Of a DNA stretch of 34,641 nt, positions 12,176-21,979 are shown piece after piece. The notes below the pieces were generated by a model. The model did no database searches and was not told where the DNA came from. It worked only from the letters and a program-made list of their open reading frames with translations. Location of the stretch: the NCBI GenBank assembly GCA_026025795.1, contig JAPEUG010000169.1:1-34641 (forward strand), read 5' to 3'. Within the stretch, counting starts at the first letter, position 1, and each line of letters begins with the position of its first letter. The position numbers and the translations under genes were made by a program. This DNA is from Thelocarpon superellum. Lineage: Eukaryota.

Positions 12176-13692
12176 CTAGGTGGCTGACACGCTGGCAGGT
12201 GCACAGCTCCAGCTGCAGCCTCGCCGAATCAAGGGAACAACGTTCATGACAGATCCTTTCCACGACGAAGATTGGTGGCTTCCAATTTGTGGAACCTGGT
12301 CCCACCATTCGATCCACTCCGTCCTCGCCAAGACGAAAGCTCTGCCGCACTGCGTGCATATGCAGCCTCCTTGCGCCACCGCGGTTTGGGCCCGGCCGAG
12401 CAATCGCGTCATGGACTCGGCGCCGTCTGGTGGCAGTAACCCTGGCAGGTGTGCGAGGTACGGACTGGCGCTGCACGCGCGAAGTGATAGTTCCACTAGC
12501 GATGGCGTTGACGGGCCAGGTGTCACAGGGGGTCGGGGGCATGAAGCTCTCTGGGTGCGGGCGCTTTCGGTCGAGCCACGGTACAACGATCCGTCCACGT
12601 TGAAGTAAGTGATAGGGGTGGACCCGACGTGTTGGGGCCACGCCTCAAGGTCCCGATCGTGAGATTGCTCAACGCTCGAGGTCGAGACCGGCCGTCCTCT
12701 CTCCACGACGATCGGCCGCATCTCTGGCAGAATGCCATCCACTTCCAGCAGCGGATTGGGATAGATGCTTAGCGTACGCAGGCGTCCATGCGGACGCACC
12801 AGCCCTAGCAATTCATATGGCAGCCAGGAGAGCTTGTTCCCGCCCACATTCAGCTCGACCAGATTGGTCAGCCGGGCAATGCCTGAGGGTAGCTCGGTGA
12901 GCTGATTGTTGCGCAAGCTCAGCACTGTCAGGTTGTGTATGTTGAAAATCTCGCCGGGCACGGAGTGGAGGAGGTTGCCCGAGAGAAAGAGACGGATCGA
13001 GGGCACGAGCGGCGTGTAGGACTCCTGGCTGGGGGGGAGGTGGTCGATCTTGGGGTGCTTCGTCATGTACCGTAGCGGGCGGATGGTGCTGGTGGAGAGC
13101 GTGGCGAGACGCAAATTGCTGCGGTCACGTCAGCGGACCAGGCCTCGCTCTGGACGGGACGCGGCATCCACACTTACGACAGATCCACCAGCTCATTCCC
13201 CTCCTCTAAACAGGTGCGTATGGTGCGATCGGCAAGTGTCGCTGGGGTCTCCACCCCTGCATTGGGAGCTTCCACACGCGGCTCAAGTGCTTCTGACCCC
13301 GTTGCGAGAAGGAGACCACAGGAGCCTTGGCGAGCGTCTGCTCGATCAACGACTTCCCGGGCATGCTCTTGGAAATTGTCCTCCGCACTCATATCGGAGC
13401 CATCGCTACCTAGCCAGACGCCACTGTCCATTGTCCGCGTAAACTGCCTTTTCCTCCGGCATTTCGGTCCGCGCGGGGCGCAGGCAAGGCCCCACCATGT
13501 ACCTCGATAGCGGCGTTTGCTTTGGCGACCTCCGATACCATCGTCGTCGGCCGTAGGCGCGGCCTCATCGCTGGAAAAAAGTGGCGGGTCGGAGGACGAT
13601 GAGGGGATGTATTCGCGCGCGCGTTTCCGGAGCTCCCGAGACGACGCTCCCGTCGGTGACAATGGCGGTGGGAGCGTTGGTTCGGCGGACAT
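12176..13692 (-). CDS. Fungal leucine-rich repeat protein of unknown function
   Basis: Exons 13692-13178, 13118-12176 (1458 nt). LRR units LFLSGNLLHSVP, LSLRNNQLTELP, LNVGGNKLSWLP; N-terminal SSDPPLFSSD, KRRYRGTWW and DSGVWLGSD; C-terminal CxxC..EWIEWW..RGCSWSC. Confidence 0.85.
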
Positions 13693-14210
13693 GACGGGAA
13701 TTGTGCGCGATTCGCCTCGGGTTGCGTGTTCTTTTTGGGTGGCTACCTCTCGCCTGCCAGGGGAGCGCCCTCCTTGTCCGAAGTACGATATGATGGGGGG
13801 CCTCCCGACGCTCGTCGCGGGGAGAGTAAACACGGAGCGCGCCCGAAAATGGGCGTCAGCGTTAACCGTTGCGCGAGCCAATCGGGTTGGTTTGGGAGTC
13901 TCGGCGCAATAATGCATGGGCGCATTACGGTTCGGCAGACGGCAGCAAGACGCAGACGACTCGTGCCCTCTCCCCACCATTCCACCATTCCACCTTTCCA
14001 CTTTTCCACGCCGTCCTGTGTCATGAGCACGATACACGATACACGTTACACGACGCAGGGACGCACCCCATCAGGAACTCATCGGAGGGCCAATGCTCGA
14101 CCCCCGGCCGCTCTCTGATTCCGCTCTCGAAAATCCTGCTTTGCGTCGACAGCGCAGCAGATAGTCAGACGTACGATCTTCGTCCACGAGATCCAGTCGG
14201 GCAGGCCAGT

Positions 14211-15132
14211 TCATTCCGAATCGTCATCACCGTCTCCGCCGCTTCCCACGCCGCCCTGGCGAATGCGTCGCGTGCTGTCATCGGTCGACTCTTGGAGGTG
14301 GAGGTGGAGGTGGCGTAGCCGACGGTCGTTGGCCGCGACGGCGCCCACGGAGACCAGCACCATCTCGAGATCTGTGGCCCCTCATGAGCTCAGGCGTCCA
14401 GCGGGGACTGCATGGTACGTGCCTTCCAACGTGGTCCGCTCTCCATGGAGCTCTTTGAGGGTGATCAGCTGCTTCACGATATCGCCGTCGTGGTAGATCA
14501 GAATCGTCGGGCAATTCCGTTCCGGGTAACCCTCAATGCACATGTCGGCGCGGATTTCACAGAACTTAGTGTCGCCGTATCTGGGGGCCAGTTCGCGAAA
14601 TCGTTCGGTCAGCAGGCGTGACTCGATTGTGCTCGCCAGCGAAGAGGCAAGATGAACGATGACGAAGGCGCCGTGCGAAGCCTCGGTCACTTCACGGGCG
14701 TAGTCGGGCTTCTGCAGAGGATAGACCTGGCCATAGACGGATGTCTTGGCCAAGGTGGACAATTCCGCCAGCCGCTGATTGCTGGTGAATGGACATGTTG
14801 GGTGAGCGGGGCCAGCCGGGTAGATCATCCGCGTCACATACCGGTACTTGGCGAGAAACTCTTCGTCCTCGTCGTCTTCCAGCTCGTCGAGCTCCTCCAA
14901 GTCTTTCCCCTCGAGCCGATTCTCCGTCGCCAAACGCCGGGCTTCGAAGATGGCTTCTTCGATCACCGGCGTCGGCGAGGGGGGTTTGTCGGGGATGATG
15001 CCATGTTTGCGAAGAATATCGTTCCTGCACGCTAGTGAGAGGGACTCGGGACGAGGCTTGGGCGCACGTGAGGATCTACCATTCGGTATTTGCGTTTGGA
15101 TCATCGATGGGTACATTTACAGGCATGTCCAT
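14211..15132 (-). CDS. PLP2: Phosducin-like protein (Plp2/PDCL3 family CCT co-chaperone)
   Basis: Exons 15132-15080, 15024-14842, 14781-14423, 14371-14211 (756 nt). Motifs DPNANTEWNDILRKHGIIP, EVTEAS, CIEGYPERNCPTILIY. The last intron needs a GC donor. Confidence 0.9.
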
Positions 15133-16919
15133 GTTGTTGACTGGCCTGCGAGGTGGCGGTGAGAGGGACTGGTGAGTCGATATCGACTTCGAGCTGCCTG
15201 GAGATCGCCGGACGCTGGACGTGCATGAAGGGTCCGTCACACCGCCGTAGTGGGGTCGCCGCACGCGCAATTTGGTGGGAGCTTTGCGCAGTACTTAATC
15301 TTCTTAATGACTAAGCCCGTCCCAAAGCTTGGGGCGTCAGGCCGTGTTGAGGCCCTGTCCAGTTGAGGGACAGGCCGATACGCAGTCTCGTTCCTTCGGA
15401 CTCCCTACAATCACACGATCGTCTAACATATGGGAGCAGCTCCACGCCTCCGTGATACTGACCCGGGCGCCGCGATTGAGACATTTGATGCTGTCAGCAG
15501 GAAACACCATTGGCCGTGCGGTGGGCCCCAAAAGCTGCTGTCCCTACACTGGGCCGACAATGACCCGGGCGGCAGCGTCCCGGCGACGGACCAAGCGCCG
15601 TGCCCCATAAGGCGCCCGTCGAATGTCCCGCCCGGCATCAGCCCTGGAGACCACGATGCCGCAATATTGATGTATCCTGCGATACGCCCAAGGGCCCTCG
15701 TCTCTCGGCGCACGTACGGTACCTTTGGCTCGAGCTTCCACGCTCCGTTGCCACCACGGTGGACGGTGCCCCGCTTCACGCAAAAAGATATCGCTAGTAC
15801 TTGGTAGCTTCTCGTGGGCGTATGGCGTCAGAGAAACATGCTATCCATTAGCGCATTCTCCACGGACCCGTCTTTGGCTCACCGACCCCGCACGTGGTGG
15901 GTCATAGCTCGGTGGAGCTTCACCATTCGCCGGCTCGCCAAGGAGCCGAGAGCCCAGGCTGCGCGGGGCGATGACGATACGGCCATGAAGACCGGTACGG
16001 GTTCAGCCCAGACACCGGCGGGGAGGCTGGAAACTGCGGACGGCGTCCCAGGATAGGTCGCCACTGGCTCGAAATCCCCATCAGACATGAGGCCCGGGCA
16101 GGTCCGCAGGGCGCTACCATACGAGTTACGACGGGCGAGGACGGGCGGAGGAATTCCCTGGACGCTTGGGCCGAACCCGGTTCACGAGGACCCGGCGCTC
16201 ACCGCTCGGTGGACGGCGAGCGGGTGCCTCCATGGTTCAACGAGGCTCGATGCCGCACTGCGTCCGGTCGTGTCGCACGCCCTCTTCAACGTGTCATGCC
16301 AACGAAGTCTTCCGCTGACGTCGAAAGAGCACTAGAGGGCCTGGAGCGCGCGCGGCATTGGCTGTGCCCCGGTGCGTGGGCGTGGCTTGCAGTCGGCGAC
16401 TGCAATAGTGCCTTTCTGACAGCCTGATCGGGACTAGCGTTGGCCCAAAGCGGATCCCTGGTCAGCACGCGCCAGCCGCTTTAGGAACTGGACTACTGCG
16501 TCCCGTCCGGAAACAGAGATGCCGACGGCAGGATTATTTTCCGGGACCAGCCTGGGCCCTCGCATTACTGGATCGGGGTGTTGACGACGGGAGTGCGCCC
16601 GGCGGCATGGCGCGATGTGGTACGACGATGACGTTCGAAGACCCTTCATCGTCCCGGATGCAGGGCTTCCGCGCTGACGCCTGCGCTCCGGGAGCTGCGG
16701 GGTAGCTGTCCACGTCGCTGGGCGCAGCGTTGACTAGGTGCTGATGGTGGTGCTACTGGAGAAGCCCGCGACGAGACTCGGGACAGAGCATTTGGGCGGT
16801 GGTACAAAAGGCTTCATGATGCCCATGCCGCACAAGAGGACTCCATTCTTCCTCGATCACATCTCCTCTCCCAATATCTTACCTCCCAGGATCTCCTCTT
16901 CCACCCTCATCGCACCATC

Positions 16920-17886
16920 ATGAAGACCGCTATGATGCTCGGCGCCTTGGCGCTGCTCCACTCAGCCTCGGCGGTGCCGACGGTCAAGCGTCAAGCCATC
17001 ACAGACGCGGACATCTTGCAGTACGCGCTCACGCTAGAGCACCTGGAGAACGTTTTCTACAAGGGCGGCGTCTCGCAATTCAACGAAGCGGAGTTCATCT
17101 CGGCGGGCTTCTCGAGCGACTACTACAACAACCTCAAGTACATCGTGCACGACGAGGAGGCGCACGTGGAGCTCATCACGAGCGCGCTCAGTGCAGCGGG
17201 CGCGACGCCGGTGGCGGCGTGCACGTACAAGTTCCCCTACACGGACCCCAAGGGCTTCGTGTCGCTCGCCAGCGTGCTCGAGGGCGTGGGCACGTCCGCC
17301 TACCTGGGCGCGGCGCCCAGCGTCAGCAGCAAGGACTACCTCACCGTGGCGGGATCGATCCTGGTGACGGAGGCGCTCCACACGAGCCTGCAGCGATTCG
17401 CGCTGGGCGAGGTGGGCCCGGCCAACCCATACGGCACGCCGCTCGGCTTCAACGAGGTCTACACGCTCGCGGCGGCCTTTATCGAGTCTTGCCCGTCGAG
17501 CAATGCAGCGCTCCCCGTCAAGGCCTTCCCGGGTCTGACGGCTACGCAAGGCATCCCGGCCGCGCCCGGCATCACCTTCACCTTCACGGCGGCCAGCGCG
17601 CTGCCGAGCTCGTTCTTCGTGACCTTTGTCAACGGGTTGACGGTGACGAGCGTGACGCCATCGGCGTCTGGCGACGTCATCTCGGCCGTGATCCCCGAGA
17701 CGACGACGGGCCAGACGTACGTGGTGTTGACCAGCGCGAACGTGACGGCGTTGTCGGATGCGGTCGTGCTCTTTGGACCTGCCATCCTCGAGGTACGTGG
17801 AGTGCTCTGGATGGAATGAAGCAGAAGGACTAACGAGGATGTAGGTTACGCCATCATCGCCGACGTTTGACACCTCAGAGCAGTAG
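16920..17886 (+). CDS. rds1: Secreted ferritin-like domain protein, Rds1 stress-response family
   Basis: Exons 16920-17792, 17845-17886 (915 nt). Signal peptide and KR site, then DADILQYALTLEHLE, DEEAHV, CTYKFPY, LEGVGTSAYLGAA, SILVTEALH. Confidence 0.88.
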
Positions 17887-18910
17887 GAGACGAAGCGCAT
17901 GGCATTTCCAGGAAAACATCGACTTTAAATATGGTGAAGGAGACCGGAGAAGTCAGTAATTGGGCTGTGTACATATCAGCAGACTCCAGCCATGCTGTCT
18001 ATACATACATGAACAACCAGAAATTTACTTGATGTGAACATAATTGTCGGCGCATCCGAAAGGGCAAGTAGACGTACCCGCAGGTTTGCTACAACCGCAC
18101 GTTTTTTGGCGCCAGAGCCTCACCGCGACTGGCAGAGGGTATGCGCAATCTGGGGCTCAACTAAAGCTCCAGCCACTTGCATGACGAAAGGTTCAAATGG
18201 ATCTACCCTGTATTCATGTGTGTACTTATGTGAGGCTGGGGAGCCTACCGCTGTGTACGTAGTTGATGAGTCGGGCGGTTATGACACATTTCATCAACAA
18301 GCGAGCGAGCAATTATGTAAGTTGTTGCGCAGGCCTGAATGAGCGTAGATGGTATGACAGTTAGCTATATAAACTCTGCTTGGGTCTTCCCGTACCAATT
18401 GCCTGGGAACCCACGAGCCAGCATTATTGCCCACTAGGCTTTCCTGTTACCAGCCCCTGATTATGTCATCTTCCAACATATGCACAGTCACACCAAGGTC
18501 GCAGGACAAAGTTTGTGACCCTAAATCCAGTGACCTCGGTACGACGGTAGGTGCCATGCAAATACGACACCTACACCTCACTGTAAGAATAACACTCAAT
18601 AAGAAAAAGTCTCGTGGCTCAGGTAGCTATCACGTGTTAGAGCACGTGATCTCTCGAAGCCTACCGAGCGAGATGCGCAAGCAGCTAGCACCGTGCCAGC
18701 GCTCAATTCGAATACGATAACAGAGGCGGGAGTCAGTCTCGGGATCCTGTTGCACCCCGATATCCTAGCCAATCGACGCGGCCCCCTGATTCCGCCTCGC
18801 TGTACGTTCCGTTGTCACATTCGTCCGCAGGGCCATGGCTCATGAGTTGACGCCGCTTCGTCCGCTTGTACTAGCTGGTCTGAAGCCCGTCTCTCACGAT
18901 GACTTAGAGC

Positions 18911-19060
18911 ATGACAGGTTATGGCAGGATGGGATTCGGCATGACAAGTTATGGCAGGACGGGATTCGGCATGACAAGTTATGGCAGGACGGGATTCGGC
19001 ATGACAAGTTATGGCAGGATGGGATTCGGCATGGCAGGTCATGGTGTACTGGGTCATGCC
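18911..19060. repeat. 30-bp tandem repeat (minisatellite): 4 near-perfect copies plus 1 degenerate copy
   Basis: Unit ATGACAAGTTATGGCAGGAYGGGATTCGGC at 18911, 18941, 18971, 19001; degenerate copy at 19031-19060. Confidence 0.95.
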
Positions 19061-19473
19061 ATGACAGAGAGTAGAAGAAAGAAGAGGAAGATGCAGAAAC
19101 AACGGTTCAAACAGTGACTCTAGCCTACTCTCTCAGATTGCTGTAGGATGCACTTCGTGAAGTAGCAACGTGCTAGCATGAGCCAGGATGCTTGAAGAAG
19201 GAATGTGAATAGGGTCGGTATGAGCCAAATTCCAAGACGTATCGACGATGCCTAAGCGGGAATTTGAGAAGAGCAGGCCATGATTCGGAGGAGGCCAAAT
19301 CCCTCATCGTTGTGACTAGATGATTAGACGGGTGCTATGCTGTCACAACTCTGTATGTCGGCATCTCTTTCAGAGAGTATTTGTATCTCAGCTTCGTCCC
19401 ATGGCCGCTCTGCTTTCACCCTCCCCAGTCGCGTTGTCACTTCGCTTCCTGCCTCACCAGTCGTCTGACCACC

Positions 19474-20045
19474 ATGGCTCATTCCCTCAGCTTGCTCGCC
19501 CTTTTCCTTTGCGTGATACATGTCAACACCGAGGGCCTCGACTACATGTACCACTACACCCTCCAGGACTGTGATCAAACCGGTCCATTCTTGAGGTAAG
19601 ATCCTGTTACGTGTCTCGCTCTGCGGGTTGTCATGCGGCACCACGTGACCAGACAAGGCTCCGCGTCGCCCAGTTATCAACCCTGCTTGCTTGCGATTCC
19701 CTTTTTCCTTTCCTTAAGAATCAGGATTGTTCCAATGCGGCCTCAGTTCGTCAATTCAATCAAGCACGTTGCAGATCCTATCAGAACCAAAACGAAATCT
19801 GTACGCCGTGGCTGATAGTATCAACAGCTCTCTTAACGGAACCTGCGATGGCCCTGGTTACGCTTGTACCAACAATTGCCAACTTCTGGTCTGCAACAAT
19901 GGTAAATTAGAGGATACTTTTACGACCCGTCTCACCAACCCAGATCTGTACGGTCGTGAGTATACTCCTAAAAGATATTCACTTGATAGAATATCGGCCT
20001 TGCTAATCAGATACCGTAGAAATCTGCGGCGCTGATCCACGTTAA
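19474..20045 (+). CDS. Candidate small secreted cysteine-rich (effector-like) protein, ~84 aa, 5 exons
   Basis: ACCACCATGG start and hydrophobic N-terminus. Exons 19474-19595, 19725-19745, 19828-19901, 19944-19955, 20020-20045 join in frame through GT-AG introns. Six Cys lie after the predicted signal peptide. Exon 2 boundaries are uncertain. Confidence 0.5.
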
Positions 20046-20259
20046 GACCTGTCGATCACGCACCAGCGCTGAGAGAGCTAGTGCTGGTGATGAGACAGTA
20101 CTGAAGCCCTGCTAGCACTGTTTGTGCAGCATGAGTCGGCACTGGTGGACTTCTGCCCAGGAGTCGCGACTGCCGTGGTCCACTTTTCCACCGTTTCCGA
20201 GGATTCAGTACCAAGCTGGGAGGTAGGATTCCTGGCCTGGAGTGGTGAGACATTTCGGA

Positions 20260-21275
20260 CACCAGGAAATCGCACGGGTCAGGCCTAGGCAGATATGATT
20301 TCCAAGACAAGAGATGATAGGATCAAGATCAAACGAACGTGGAACGACTAAAGAGCTGTTTCTGAAAGGAAGGCTGTCGTCGGCTTCAACTAGAGGATCA
20401 TGTACCTGCCGCCATCGATCGGAAGCTTCTCGAGACTGCCGTCCAAGCTTCTGGATTGACGATCGTAGCGCTAAGCCTCATGAAAGACACAGACTGGGAA
20501 GTTGTGGAAGGTCACTAACTTGCATGCCTCCGTGGGCAACATCGAATCCAGGCAGGGAGGACCGTCTCATTCTGCAGGACATATGGTAGACCGTCGATCT
20601 ATATCTGGCTGGTGAGACCGATTCCGTCAGCGAATGATATTTGTGGACCAAGGACTGGACGTGCACTACAACCGGAAGCTCTCCCTGATCGAGGAACATT
20701 CCCACCCAAGATCCCCGTCCGACGGGAAGATCGAAGAGCCGAGACCCGATCAAGATCATGAGGAGGGAGAAAGGGTCTCGGGAAGCGCCCTCACAAGCAG
20801 CACTGGAGAGACCGAGCCAGGACCCCACAATAGTCTCACCAAGCTGGCAATAACCTGACTGAGAGCCTGACGAGGACGTTCGAGAGCAGGAAGGCGACCC
20901 CGCAGAGCCAAAGAGGCGCAGAGAGGAACCCGAGATTGAGCAGGAAGAGGAGCAGGAAGAGCCGAGCTCGGGCGAGTACGATTGGGAAGAGTACTGCCAA
21001 GGGAAAGCTAGAGGATGCGTTATTGCAGGCACAGACAGCCGTTGTGGCCACGTGTACTGGGAAACACTCGTAGCTGACTTCAAGACAGAGAGCTCCAAGG
21101 CGTTCAAGATCAGACCAACGTGCCAGCGAATGAGCAAGGCAATGCCCAGGACGCAGGACTGACCAAGAAGGATACAGACCGGAATGTCCACTTCACTCTG
21201 CAAACTCGAGATAGATCAAGCTAAGAGGACACATCGGTGCTTATCGCAGACCCACACGACCTATCTGAGGTTCAG
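20260..21275 (+). pseudogene. DUF3723-like pseudogene (Starship-associated family), disrupted and internally deleted
   Basis: From 20336: NVERLKSCF*KEGCRRLQLEDHVPAAID..GH*LACLRGQHRIQAGR, frameshift, DIW*TVDLYLA, GTGAG donor at 20612, then LSLIEEHSHPRSPSDGKI (to 20732). An acidic tail ending DPHDLSEVQ (21249-21275) follows. Matches DUF3723 motifs as I recall them; not HMM-tested. Confidence 0.72.
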
Positions 21276-21979
21276 TGTCGCACAATACCATATATGAGGG
21301 ACAGGATATACCACTGCAACTCCAAGCTACACGCATTGACAGTGTACGTTTGTGGGTCACAGTAACGTAGACCAAAACATGTTGTAGCATCACATTGCTT
21401 TCCTTAATGTTATGTCTTGGCATATGTGCTATATGCAAATGTGGATATTCTCACGACTGTTTCTTCACCCGAGTCGGACTAAACTCGACTCTATACGGGG
21501 CTTGCGTATCACGAGACCAGGCTGTCACATGACATGCCCCGGTGCTGTATGTGTCAGGAGAGAATCAGTAGACAATGGCCATTGGCTAGGATGTCAGGGT
21601 ACAATACGGTGCCAAGACCTTGGACCGTCTCTGTCATTGTATTCGAGTCGAACACTGGCCCTCTGCTAGGTGCCGACGAGGGCTGGTATGTAGGGTAGAA
21701 GAGGTCACGTGTCACCAGACGCGGCTCGTCCGATTCCCACAGTGAGGCATAGGCTGCCCTGCCTCAAAGATCCCCGGTAGTTGTCGCACAACAAGTCAGT
21801 AAGGCTGCACAGGAGTGGTGATTGGCATCCCGTACTTCCGCCATGGTGGACTTTCGGCGACCATTCCGCACGCTAGTCCGATGAGGTTCCCCGTCCACCT
21901 CAGGCACCCTGCTACCAAGGTGAACGCCAACGCCCGCCTCCAAGTCCGCCCGCGGAACCGCTGGTAGTGGACGGTCATC

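Noticed and set aside
15300..16900. Many short overlapping ORFs between PLP2 and rds1
   Set aside because: No recognisable domain, codon bias or coherent splice model; treated as intergenic.
18911..19060. 30-bp repeat as a CRISPR array or a KEX2-processed repeat-peptide (RiPP) precursor
   Set aside because: Eukaryotic context and contiguous units with no spacers; the ORFs lack a signal peptide and KR sites, and no DUF3328 gene is nearby.
20478..21203. 241-aa Ser-rich ORF on the minus strand
   Set aside because: Antisense shadow of the Glu/Arg-rich DUF3723-like pseudogene on the plus strand.
21843..21968. Two short upstream ORFs before SEC21
   Set aside because: The TSS is unknown and there is no conservation evidence; they may lie in the promoter.
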